A stretch of DNA of 64,000 bases from Octopus sinensis (GCF_006345805.1 NC_043009.1:30690001-30754000); one strand, 5' to 3'; counted from the stretch's first letter, positions 1-12,298 are shown. A program made the numbers and translations. Notes: generated by a model not told the origin, from the letters alone.

Positions 1-1105
1 ATCCTGTTGGGGTACCACTTTCAAGGATTTAGTTGGTTAAACCGACCCATAAAATTTTTGTCTGTGGAATTTATATTTATTTTACCAAATTGATTTCTCG
101 AGCTACCACGTCAGGGAGAGAAAGCTATACAATGAAACACAAGCACTCAGCACTTAGACTTTTTAACAGTTGTCCTACGATATCTATATATGAATGTATG
201 CGGTTATGCATTTTAAATGTATATGGAAGAATGGTAATCATATATATTCTGTAGAAATTGTTGTCACAGACAGTATTACTTCTTGGTTTTTGCTCGTATT
301 AATTAGTTTATACTTTGAGAGAGGGCTCACTTTTGTTGCGCATGTGTACTTTATTATATAATTTGATGTGCTAGCAATTTCTGCATCCTCATCTTTTTAT
401 TCCAACACAAATGAATGCTTGAAATATTTAAAAGCACAAACAGACGTTTGATCATTTGTTGTGGCCGTTTATGAGACAGATCTACCAATGCATTATTACT
501 TCAATTGTCAGAGCACATACAGATTTCTATAGAGATGGAAGTTATGTTTCCCCGGAGATTTGTGAAATTGCTTTCTTCGTTAAATTATCAGCCGTCCCTG
601 GGGTGGGGTGGATTCTCCATGTATATCTACTTTATGGGGAATGCTTATGACAGGCTGGTTGTACATTTTAAAACGTAGGTAGGAACGAGTGCAAGATGTT
701 CTCATATACTCAGTACCTGGTCGTTACCTAGCATTTATATATGTACACACATACACAGAAAAGAACACACACTAGCACACACCTATTCGCATACATACTG
801 AATAAGTGTCAATAGACGAAACTATCAGTTCCTGAGTCACTCTGCTCTTCTGCTAATTCATAATCAACACGTATGCATACTCGTGTTTTTAGTCCTATAT
901 TTCTGTTTGAATCAGCGAGCCAACTTATGTAGCATAAAGTCAGGATGCATGAGAGGTGAACATAGATATATTTAACCTCATGTAATCTATCTTCACTGCT
1001 GAATTATTTATATTCTCCTCGCGGAATAATCAATTCTGTTACAGGGACACTTTACACATTACACAAATATGTCATTGATTACTATGTGAACTGATAGCCA
1101 AGTCC

Positions 1106-1106
<1 letters not shown>

Positions 1107-1185
<79 letters not shown>
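1107..1185. repeat. (TA)n microsatellite, representative of dozens of TA/CA arrays in the window
   Basis: Direct: long TA run; similar arrays at ~14.2, 15.7, 20.4, 21.0, 23.8, 28.5-28.8, 35.6, 36.0-36.4, 41.0, 47.7, 54.1, 56.0 and 59.5 kb. Confidence 0.98.
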
Positions 1186-1188
<3 letters not shown>

Positions 1189-2410
1189 TACGGAGATGTA
1201 CTTGCATAGCGAGTGACTTGATCTGAGATCGTGTGCTGGAACGAAAAGAATTCCAGCGTGGAAGGTGTTTATAAGCCATTTAAGAAACAAGAAAAAACGT
1301 TAGATTCACTTCAACATTTAAATTTAATATGTCAAAATATTTTCGTCGCTTTGAAGAGGGAGTTGGGTTTTAACAAAGATACAAGGCTCCATCTTCGGGA
1401 TGTAGTTAACACAGACAAATTCACATTTGGAACTTGATTGTAGATCTTGGGAGGAAGCTTTCATAATGGTAATATTTTCCTTCCTCATCACTTTGTATAA
1501 TGCTTGTGGGTTGGAAGCAAAATGTATGTATGTATGTGCATATATAAGTGTGTGTCAGTGTTTATGCACACACACATATATATAATATAATATAAGTAAA
1601 ACACTGAATACTTTTACAAAGAGCCAGTATAGGCCAAGATTGATCCTTTGTTAAAGAGGCTTGTGCGTTGCTGTGTCCATGTCTCTACCCACAAACCATT
1701 GAGACAACAGCGATAGCTAGTTTGAAAATGATATATTTAAATCTATCAGACTAATGTAACCAATAACCAATCATTAGAATAGATTTAAATATCTCATACT
1801 TTGTGTAAGTAGTATTACTGGCTTTTTGGCCTAGTGGATAAGGGTGTTTTGTGACAGACAAGACAGTGGGGGTAGATGGAGGTTTCAGTGTCAGTTAAGG
1901 ATTGTGATATGATCTCATTTACTTTTATTTTTCTCTAGAGATGTGTTAAAAGGGGGAAGAAAAATAAAAACACAATCAGTGTAGGCCATGGGCAAAGATT
2001 GATTCTTTGTCCAAGGGGTATATGTGTTGCTATGTCTGTATATCTTTACCCACAGGACCATTGAGACAATTGCAATTGCTAGTTTGAAAATGATATATTC
2101 AAATTTTATATAGCTATTTAATGTGGTAGCATTCTTGGTTTTCTGTGACTTTAGTAATATTTGAGGGGAGAATGTTAAATGCTCCAGAACACAGCATGCT
2201 ACCTGATTCAGGAATTGATCTCACATCCTTAATGATCATAAGCTGAACACCCTAAAAACAAGACCATGCACTTTCATGGCGAAGTCAGTAGAGTGATGGG
2301 TTGATTTCCATTTATATCCTGGGTTCAAGTCCTGCCAAGCCCAGCTTAGCCTTTCATTCTTAGCCTATTCAATAAAATAAAGTATGTGCCATGACTGCTG
2401 AGGACATACA

Positions 2411-3350
2411 TAAGCTCACAAGGAATGAAGCCAGTATGATCCAATGGATGTGTAATGTCAGCGTGCATACTCGACAGAGTGTAAGTACCTTGAGAGAAAT
2501 GCTGGACCTAAGAAGCATCAGATGTAGTGTGCAAGAGTGACGACTGCGCTGGTATGGTCATATGGCGAGAATGGATGAAGATAGCTGTGTGAAAAAATGC
2601 CACACCCTTGCGGTTGAGGGAATCTGCGGAAGAGGTAGACCCAGGAAGACCTGGAATGAAGTGGTGAAGCATGACCTTTGAACATTAGGCCTCATCAAGG
2701 CAATGACTAGTGATCGAGACTTTTGGAAATATGCTGTGCTTGAGAAGACCCGGCAAGCCAAATGAGACAATAACCTCGTGGCCTATGCCAGGGGTGTAAC
2801 CAGCCCACTTATGCATACCTGTCCTTCATTGGACACTAAACTCTACTTGTGAAGACCTGTTGAGGCAAGTGAAATCGAAAGCGAAATCAAATTCGATGAC
2901 TAGCATCCGTGCTAGTGGAACGCGAAGAGCACCATCCAAGCATGATTGTCGCCAGAGCAGCTAACTGGCTTCCATGCTGGTGGCACGTAAAAGGCACCAT
3001 TTGAGCGTGATCATTACCAGCGTCGCCTTACTGGTCTTTGTGCTGGTGACACGTGAAAAAAACATTCGAGCGAGGTTGTTGCCAGTGCCGCTGGACTGGC
3101 TCCTGTGCAGGTAGCAAGTAAAAAAGCACCATTTGAGCGTGGCCGTTGCCAGTACCGCCTAACTGCCCTCGTGCCGGTGGCACGTAAAAGTAGCCACTAT
3201 ACTCAAGGAGTGGTTGACCTTAGGAAGGGCATCCAGATGTAGAAACTCTGCGAGATCAAGATTGGAGCCTGCTGCAGCCATCTGGTTCGCCAGACCTCAC
3301 TCAAATCGTCCAACCCATGCTAGCATGGAAAGCAGACGTTAAACGATGAT
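2411..3350 (+). mobile_element. RTE-clade LINE, 5'-truncated: ORF C-terminus plus 3' UTR and (ATG)n tail
   Basis: Translates to KLTRNEASM..RLRWYGHMARMDEDSCVKKC..GRGRPRKTWNEVVKHDL (RTE C-terminal RLRW.GH and GRP..TW motifs, with stops); ends ACGTTAAACGATGAT; homologous to 5490-5803 and 56700-57600. Confidence 0.9.
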
Positions 3351-3820
3351 AATATATAAATATATGCATATATACATACATATATGTACATACCTACATA
3401 CATATGTATATATCTCTATATATAAAACTGAATTGCGTTTTTACCGCTCGGATCGCTTTCAATGCCACTACATCGCGTCCGATTCGCTCCAAAATTTACA
3501 GGGACATGTAGAATGAGGTGACGATGCGCGTGGGCTACCTTAGAAATCCCTATCTTAAAAGGTGTGGTTGCTAGGGGCCATCTTCCTCACTCATCATATT
3601 TCCTCCAGTACTCTCTCACTCCTCTTCATTTGACAATGCCACTACGGTTATTTAATGTAAAGTCTTCCTCAAATCACTCTCTCGCTGTTTCCTCTCTTCG
3701 AAGAATATTTTCACTCACTCTTATCTCTTAGCTTCCCATACATTTTACTCATGTATCTATCAGCGTTCATAGTCAGAAACAAATATTACATCGCCATCGC
3801 ATTCTATTGTCTACCTGTCA

Positions 3821-3853
<33 letters not shown>

Positions 3854-4603
3854 CATATATCTGATATTATATTTTTATTTTTATGTTTTTGGTTTTGGTT
3901 TTTTACTGTTTCATTTCCATATTAGTGGTTTTATCTCTAATTTAATTTCTACAGCGTGCACACACACACACACACACCACACACACACACACCTATATGT
4001 GGCCCCAGTACACCCGAATGAAATCGGGTTCTCTTCATCAAAATGTGAAAAGGGGTCTACAATTATCATCGCCACAACTTATGTATGTCTTCCTCAATCA
4101 CTCACTCTTTTTCCTAATGATAATTATCATCGCCACCACCAACACCACCAACACACAATCATGACAATCTTTCTCTTAAAACAAATCATGTTTACATTGC
4201 AAAATATTTCATTTTCCCGTCCTCACTTTCATATATCACCTTTTCTTTCTCGAGCTCTCTCTTTTTTCGCCGTCTGTATTTATTCTACAACGAGTCTATC
4301 AATGACAGCCGCAAAAGTTTCAATATTCCTACTTCACCTCTTTCACAAACGCAACAGATATTATTATTTTTTTTTGCCGGCGTTAAAGCCCACTACATCC
4401 CGTCGGATTCACTCCAAAATTTACACCTTCTCTTTCTACCTCTAACTCCCATTCAATTTCTCTTTATCTCCATTCTTAAAGATAATTATCATCGCCACAA
4501 CCACCACCACCAACACACAATCTGGACAATCTTTCTCTTATAACAAATCATGTTTACATTGCAACGACGTCTGCCACCTCCGCCGTCTCTATTTATTCTG
4601 CAA

Positions 4604-4800
4604 ATGACCAGAACTCGGGAAACTTGGTTGAATGTTCTATGGTCTATGACCAGAACTCGGGAAACTTGGTTGAGCGTTCTATGGTCTATGACCAGAACTC
4701 GGGAAACTTGCTTGACTGTTTTATGGTCTATGACCAGAACTCGGGAAACTTGGTTGAGTGTTCTATGGTCTATGACCAGAACTTGGGAAACTTGGTTGAG
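4604..4800. repeat. 42 bp minisatellite, about 4.7 copies
   Basis: Unit ATGACCAGAACTCGGGAAACTTGGTTGAATGTTCTATGGTCT starting at 4604, 4646, 4688, 4730, 4772. Confidence 0.97.
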
Positions 4801-5489
4801 TCCCCATCTTATAAAATGTGGCCCCAGTAGACCCAAATGAAATCGGGTTATATTAACCAAAATGTGAAAAGGGGTCTAAATGGGGCTGGAAGGGGATTAA
4901 AATTTAAAGGAGCGGGTGTTTAGCAATTCTCTGTTACATCAAGCTAAAAAATTTGCGCCAGCCTTTTAATCGTCAATGTGTTGCCGTCCATGATGAAGAA
5001 GTTTTGAATGCTTGCCATCGTGAGTCTACTGTCGTGAGAAAGAATCAATTCAAAACTTGGTTTTTAGGGATTTTCTTTTACATCAAGATCAAAATTTTAC
5101 GCCAGCCGTTGAACTGTCAATACGTTGCTGTCCGTCGTTAACAAATGCCAGCCATGGTGACTCTACTATCCTCAAATTCTATCCCTTCAAACTTTGGTTT
5201 CCAATATTTTATTATTTTTATTCAGCTCGCAAGTTCGTCTATCCCTTTTAAATGTTAGTGTTTTGCTGTCTGTCTTGAAGCAGACCTTTCCGTTGTTACT
5301 GCCTGATATTTATGATTGATCTTTCTAAATATTTTATTTCTCAACTTACTCAAGATCTTTTGTTGTTTATAAATGGGAGAGAGATACATAAAGATAGAGA
5401 GTAAGAGAAAGCGAGGGAGAGTCCGAGAGAAAGGAAGAGTAAGAGAGTGGGAAAGTGAGAGAGAAAGGAGAAAGAAACAAAGAGGGAGA

Positions 5490-5803
5490 ATCATCATCAT
5501 CATCATCATCGTTTAACGTCCGTTTTCCGTGCTAGCACGGGTTGGACAGTTTGACAGGGGTCTGGGAAGCCAGGAGGCTGCACCAGGCTCCAGTCTGATC
5601 TGGCAGTGTTTCGACAGGTGGATGCCCTTCCTAACGCCAACCACTCTGTGAGCGTAGTGGGTGCTTTTTTCGTGCCGCCTGCACAGGTGCCAGGGGGGCT
5701 AGCAGCGGCCACGATCGGTTGGTGCTTTTTACGTGCCACCAGCACAGAAGCCAGTCAAGGCGGCGCTGCAATCCGCCACGTTCGGATGGTGCTTTTTACG
5801 TGC
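5490..5803 (-). mobile_element. RTE LINE 3' UTR fragment
   Basis: (ATC)n then GTTTAACGTC...TTCCGTGCTAGCACGGGTTGGAC, reverse complement of the 3300-3350 tail; three GGTGCTTTTTACGTGC units. Confidence 0.88.
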
Positions 5804-8729
5804 TGAAAGGAAGCAACAGAAAGTAACAACCACACTCTTACCCGCGCGTAGAGCGGGTCACCTTATATATATATATGCATACATGAATACATTTATATGT
5901 GTCTATATGTATGTATGTGTGTATGCATGTATGAGTATATGTGTGTATGTATACAGGTGTATATGTGTATGCGCGCGTGTGTCTCTATAGCTGTGCTTGT
6001 CTGTGTCTGCGTAACTTCTATGCGTTTGACTGAATATCACCGTTCAAGAAAAAACTTCATGCAAAATTATGATCAAAAATTGTGTAGCTGTTGATCAACA
6101 CATGTTTCTTTCACCCGAAAGGTTCGAAGAACTATATTAACCAACGTGTTGGATTTTAAGAAGACACAGTGTGAATGAGTCATTATTTGACTGCTATTTA
6201 TAGCAGATCATGTGGATCCATAGTGTTATATAACTTATATATTTGGTAAAATATACATCAATGCAATAATTACAAATAGGTTATGAGCGTGGTGTAGCTG
6301 AATAAAATCACTTGAAGGTGGTACAGAAGCCTGGCCACATTCCAAAATGAAGCTACTTTAAAGGAGGAAAAATATAAAAGAATAAGTCTGTAACCAAATC
6401 AATGAACTTCTAACCAGAGAAGTATCTCAGCAAGCTAGGAATAAACGAAAACCAGCAGGAAATTATAGCCAAATACAATCCGGGCCTTCAAATAATTGTT
6501 TACACGGGAGCAACCCCAAACGCTAAATAATCTAATTTACTCGGTATTCATGACAGTATCATGAATAACAACATTCGACCCTAATTGAGTCATTCAATGT
6601 CAGCCAGTGGAAGGAAGGCCAAATACAGTAGAAGGTCAAGAAAAAGGAGAAAAGCATATTTTATAGAATCGAATAAAAAGGGAAGAAACTAGTATGGAAA
6701 AATAAAGGGAAACGAATGGAAGATACTTAAGGCAAAGAATGAGAAACTGTGAGTAAGGGAGAGATAAAACAATTGATTGTAGCCAAGACATACTGGATAT
6801 TACTGAGAAACAAGAAGAGTTCTTATATCAGAATCAGGTATTAAGATCCAATACAAAGCAATTTCTACCATGATATCAATAATAAAACAAACAAAATCGT
6901 AATAGAAGTCACAACTAAATTACAAATAAATCCAGCCATATTGTGAGAATATAAGGAAATGAAATAATATAAAGTAAAGATTGCAAAAATCGTGGTAAAG
7001 GAAAAGACAATAACACTGCGAACATGACTGTGAATAACTAGTAGGTAATTTAAACGTTCTTTCAAAGATCGTTAGTAAATGTAATTCTAACGTAACTGAT
7101 AAACTCTCAAACTTCTAACCAAATATAAATCTTAACCAGTTTACATGAACTTATTGCAACACTATTTCATGAATGACTGATATGACCCATATCAACAGAT
7201 GTCTTTTTATTTTTACTATCCGGGTACGCAGTATTAATTCATAGAAGCGAAATCAATAAAGAGCAGAAAAACCTACAGACTGATAACCATTTTGCCAAAC
7301 CCAGCATCTTTACTTCCCATCAGGCTGGCTGTTTATATGGAAGATAATAATATCTTATGAAAGAACAGAAAAGGCTACGGTTATATAAAGTAGAGATATT
7401 ACTAAACGCAGCAATTATTAAAGTCAGGAAAAATTGTCTAAGCATCTAAACATTACATGAATTGCTTAAAAAACGCCTACGGCAGTGGCATGCCGGGCTT
7501 TGGCGTATTGAAGACGTCGTACATAAATAACTATCTATACTAAAGGCAATATATCAAACAAGCCATGTCAAAACGGAAAACATCAATAGCAGCGCAAGTT
7601 AAAGAGAAAATAATAAAAAAATATATACATATATACTGTTATCTGAAAATACATTTTTTAGGCAGATTCCTTATCGACACTGCTGCCTAGCTACAATTCT
7701 GTTGCATCAAACTACCAATGGTTACACATGATAAGGAGACATTATTAAACAACTCTTCTGCACGAATGTAGAAGGGCCAATTGCCAACCGGAAAACTTAA
7801 CAAAAACATTGTTCATAAATTCTACTTGCTCTCTTATCAAGATGGCTATAATTAAATAAATGCGCTAAATCTACTCAATAAGAAAAGTTAATTAAATAAA
7901 ACTTAGTCAATAATTTAGATTTAGACAATGAAATTACAAATTAGATCTAACAGCACACCGAAATATTTGAGAGTAAAAGACAATGGCAAGATAGACGACA
8001 CTGAAACAAATCGGTGAATTTGATAAGAGTATTGTGTAATAATGAAACTGTTTTGCTCATTGCATTATGTAAATATTTACGCAACTAATTATCTTAAGCT
8101 TGGACTTTATAGGTTTTGCTTTTAATTTTCCCTTCTTTCTCTGCTCGTTTCTAAATATTCTTATAAACAAGACTTTATATTGTTATCAATTTCTGTTTGC
8201 ATTAAGCTTCTTCCTTCGTCTGTGTGTCATAGCTATGCTTTAACTATATCACAGTTAGGATGGAGGATTAGAATTATCCAGAGTGGGTTTATCGCTTTAT
8301 CTTCTAAAACTCTTCATGTTTCTTAAGTTCGATTTCTTTCGGATTTTTCTCCTCTTTGTTTGTTTTTCTTGACTTTGCAGATAATGCCCGCGGTATTTAA
8401 GGTATGCATGTGTCTTGTTTCTGGTACTGGTCTCAACTTGGAATATTTAATCTGACTCTCTTTCAGTGCTCTCACTACTTTTATATTCATAAACACACAC
8501 ACAAACACATGCATGCACACATACACACACAATAACACTTACATTCTGCATAAACTTGCATCTACACATACTAACGTTATATTTATACTCTCAACTCAAT
8601 ATCATACCTCAATAAAACACTTCTCAGAGCTCTTGACCTTGCTTGCTCTCATTGATTCCGTGAGAGCAGACAGCAGTCCGTTGCTAGAGGTCTCACAGTT
8701 TCTCTTTCTGCAAATTATAAGCTTTGGTA

Positions 8730-9139
8730 CTTTTCGGTTTGAACGGCAGTTTTTAACATAATTTCTAGGTAACTAAAAAATTTTAAACTTCGTATCCTGG
8801 TAGAATGTGTTTATAAAACATCTTTTTCTCTTGGCTTTATTGAGAACATTCTATAGTTCGTAAGATATTTGTTGTCTTTTTTCTTCAATTTCTGCAATTT
8901 CAACAAGTCACTGATGTCTATTGAGGTAAAAAAAACATTCTGTGCCGTATGAATATGTCCCTCGTTTAAGAAACAGATTGGGTTTATTTACATTTGTGAA
9001 GAAAAAGAGACACACTTCCCCCCACCCCTAACCTTAACCCTAAAACAGATTGAAATGCAATAGATCGATACTAGGGTCATAATTATGGGTGACAATTTCA
9101 TATGACACCGCTAGAAAAACTGCCCTTCAAACTGAAAAG
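8730..9139. mobile_element. MITE-like non-autonomous DNA transposon, ~410 bp, with ~25 bp TIRs
   Basis: Left CTTTTCGGTTTGAACGGCAGTTTTT (8730-8754) vs right AAAAACTGCCCTTCAAACTGAAAAG (9115-9139), 2 mismatches; internal CCTAACCTTAACCCTAA. Confidence 0.8.
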
Positions 9140-9181
9140 ATTCCTTGAATGTTAACTTACTGTTTTTATGTAAACTAATGT

Positions 9182-9400
9182 GGAGGCGCAATGGCCCAGT
9201 GGTTAGGGCAGCGGACTTGCGGTCGGAGGATCGCGGTTTCGATTCCCAGACCGGGCGTTGTGTGTGTTTATTGAGCGAAAACACCTAAAAGCTCCACGAG
9301 GCTCCGGCAGGGGATGGTGGTGATCCCTGCTGTACTCTTTCACCACTCTAAAAGGCGGTGCTCCAGCATGGCCGCAGTCAAATGACTGAAACAAGTACAA
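9182..9400 (+). mobile_element. tRNA-derived SINE (tRNA-Arg-like head, family R here) joined to the family A 3' tail
   Basis: A box TGGCCCAGTGG and B box GGTTTCGATTCC; head homologous to 38547 (+) and 35410-35570 (-); tail GGCGGTGCTCCAGCATGGCCGCAGTCAAATGACTGAAAC from ~9351. Confidence 0.85.
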
Positions 9401-9907
9401 AAAAAAAATACCAAAACCTAATTCCCCGTTATTTCATAGATGCTGACATGTATCAACTACATTGCTTGCCTCGACCAACTTTTCACCATTTATTCACGAT
9501 AAACCCAGACATTTTAATGCCAGAATTCACACATTAAGTTATTATAATTTCTTACTCATCATAAAAACCAAACATTTATTCCATAATATTGTACAACACA
9601 TTAGAAAACAACCTTTTCCATATAATTACCATTTTCGCAAACTTGCACAAACCTAGTTCACACGTTTGTTTTTACAATAGCCTCTCAAGTTTGGTCACAC
9701 AGTATGATCACTCTTCACTAATGAAAAACAACTTCTTTGCTCTCCTATCTGCCTTTCATTCCCAGGGTTTTGCAACTGTAAATCAATATTTCTTTCCCTT
9801 CCACTTCCGTCTCTCCAAAGTATTGCCATATCTTCGTTTTATCTCCACCACAATGAAATCCCCTGAAATCATTGACACATTTTCGCTGTCTCTATTGACT
9901 TGCTCAT

Positions 9908-9908
<1 letters not shown>

Positions 9909-9956
<48 letters not shown>

Positions 9957-9975
9957 TAATAATGATAATAATAAT

Positions 9976-10007
<32 letters not shown>

Positions 10008-10086
10008 CGATAATAATAATAATAATAATAATAATTATTATTATTATTATTATTATTATTATCATTATTATTATTATTATTATTAT

Positions 10087-10119
<33 letters not shown>

Positions 10120-10120
10120 C

Positions 10121-10154
<34 letters not shown>
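9909..10154. repeat. Compound trinucleotide microsatellite (AAT)n(AAC)n(AAT)n(ATT)n(TAG)n
   Basis: Direct reading; source of the poly-N/I/L/T/Y ORFs. Confidence 0.98.
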
Positions 10155-11560
10155 CACTGATCAACAAAAAAATGTTTTTGAACTGGTGTCGAGACAGCAA
10201 ACATCTTTTTTAGTTAATTTGAGGGCGCTGAATCTGAAAATGGCCTTAGTTTTTCTTGCTTAGCTAACATTTTTGCTGTACAGTAATGCTTCATTTTTTT
10301 TGGTGGGGGGGGGGGCATGTTTAATTTGTTTTCTGTTTATTTGTTATTCATCGATGGCAATATTTCTCAAAGTAAAATCTTAGAAACCTCTCAATTCCTA
10401 TTCAAACCAACAAATGTTGGTCTGCTCATTGAGAAATACTATTTTTGCAATGACAATCAGACCCAAAGTCTAAAAATAACACGATTGAATATACCGAAAC
10501 CAAGAAGTATTTTCATCAAATCATTAAATTAACTAACAGCAGAAATAAAACCTTCGTGAACATAAGAACTATAGTAAAAACTTTCTCTTTCTTGATTGTC
10601 TGTCACGTTATTTAAGTCCCTTTTGATACTCCAGCAGTAGTCAGCCATCATTCGTTTGTTCCACCGTCCCTGGTAGCGCTCTTCCATTGTTTTGATATCC
10701 TGATGGAATCGTTCTCCTTGCTCATCACTCTCGTCGCCACAATTATCCGGACATTTATCTAGATGGCTATGTAGAAATTGAACCTTAATAGTCATATTAG
10801 CGCCTATACCCTGTAGACTTTTCAACAGCTTTTCCACTAGCTCCTTGTAGTTTTTGGCCCGGCGATTACCTAAGACGTTTTTCACCAAGTCAACAAACGA
10901 TGTCCAAGCGCATAATTCCAAGTCATTCATTGAATTAACAAATCCATCATCCTTAATGAGTTTCCTTATATCAGGATCATCAAACACTCCTGCTTTGAGT
11001 TTTTCGGTACTAAGGCCTGGAAACGAATTACATATATACTCAAAACATTTACCTTCTTTGTTGAGTGATTTTACATACTGTTTCATTAATCCCAATTTGA
11101 TATACAAGGGAACGAAGATGATTTTTTTCTTTCGGAACTAGCACTGCACCAATAACGTTCTTTTCACTGGCCTTCAACTCTCAGGGTGGCCAATCTTTCT
11201 TTTTCCAATGCGCCTCTTTTGCTCTACTGTTCCACATACACAAAAAACATGGGAATTTCGTGTAGCCACTTTATTGACCAAGCAGGATATTTACCGTTTT
11301 CAAATCGACACATAACACCCATTTATGTTTGGTGTAGTCAATTTGTTCTATAACCTGTTTGATGGCATGTTTTCCCTTCAATGTTGTTGAATGACCTACA
11401 GGTATTGGCGCATACATTTTGGTATTATGGAGGAAAACACAGTCTGCATCTTTACTGAACCACTGTCGGGCGGAAGGTCTGTCCTTAAAGGACCGGCTTC
11501 ATTTTCGCTGTTACAATCAGAGTTTCTTCGGAAAATCTTATCTCTCATAAACTGAGGTAA
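10155..11560 (-). mobile_element. Chapaev-type (CMC superfamily) DNA transposon relic with degraded transposase
   Basis: Minus strand gives PIPVGHST..HKWVLCVDLKTVNILLGQ*SGYTKFPCFLC..YIKLGLMKQYVKSL..EKLKAGVFD..FLHSHLDK..SDEQGERFHQDIKTMEERYQGRW..MMADYCWSIKRD; terminus begins CACTG at 10155; has stops, a frameshift and an internal deletion. Confidence 0.85.
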
Positions 11561-12298
11561 GTCATCACCAATATTAATTTTCGACATCTCATAGGTTCAA
11601 GCAACATTCTATAGCATCATTTGTGCTGTTGGGGTAATGTGTGCTGCATTTTTTTGTGGGGGAGGGGTATTGTATGTATCAATATGTTTTGTTTGAGTCT
11701 TCTGTTGTATTAGTTTTTTTGTATTGTGTGTTGTTAGTGCAGCACTGTTTGTGTTTTTCTGTCTCATAACAGCCTTTTGTGACACATGTTGTGGGCTTTG
11801 TTCATTTTGTTGAGCATTTACGGTATGAATTTATTCCTGTGTGTTTTTGGAGGAGTGTTTCATAGTAGTATGTGTAAATCATAAATCAACTATTTCATAG
11901 TATTTACGCTTATCTGTCTGCCGTTCTTTCCCTTTTGCTTGATTTTGCTATGGATTCGCTTTCACAGTGTTTACTTTTTTAACTGAACACTGCCCTGTAC
12001 ATGTGTCGATGTTTCTTTCGTAGTTATAATGATTATCGATGTATCAGCGAGAGACCATAAAGAAACAGCAATGTGTGTATATAGAGAGGTCTTATATAAA
12101 TATGGATGTATACGTAATTAAAATTTAAAATTTTACTCACAGGTTGCAGTTTTTGTTTAGAAATATTGCAGTGTTTACATTTTTACGCACATGTTGCTAT
12201 CCAATGGGAAGCTACTTTTTGTATTTATACTGCATATAAGAAAAATCTTTCAGTTTCCTGAGATGGCTTACATTAAGACAGTTTTCTTTTATTGTGAA

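Larger units (their letters stand above)
3415..5866 (+). mobile_element. Candidate non-autonomous Helitron-like element with internal duplications, interrupted by an RTE 3' fragment
   Basis: 5' TCTATATATAAAACTG start; 3' hairpin ACCCGC-gcgtaga-GCGGGT at 5840-5858; terminal CTAG not intact; several internal duplicated modules. Confidence 0.5.

Noticed and set aside
300-660. Possible ancient RTE linker on the minus strand (TKKAISQISG..ISIEIC)
   Set aside because: Similarity too short and fragmented to support without a profile search
2975-4800. CRISPR-like appearance of the 66 bp hairpin array and the 42 bp repeat
   Set aside because: Eukaryotic context, no cas genes; spacers are homologous to each other or absent; explained as RTE 3' UTR and a minisatellite
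9182-9255. tRNA-Arg-like gene (and tRNA-like heads at 15570, 38547, 63668)
   Set aside because: Acceptor stem does not close and each continues into a SINE body; these are SINE heads, not tRNA genes
9783-10213. Poly-L/I/T/N/Y ORFs, and the many YI/HT/CV-repeat ORFs elsewhere (e.g. 14020-15084, 28122-29473, 35130-35678, 42168-42751)
   Set aside because: Direct translations of microsatellites; no coding signal
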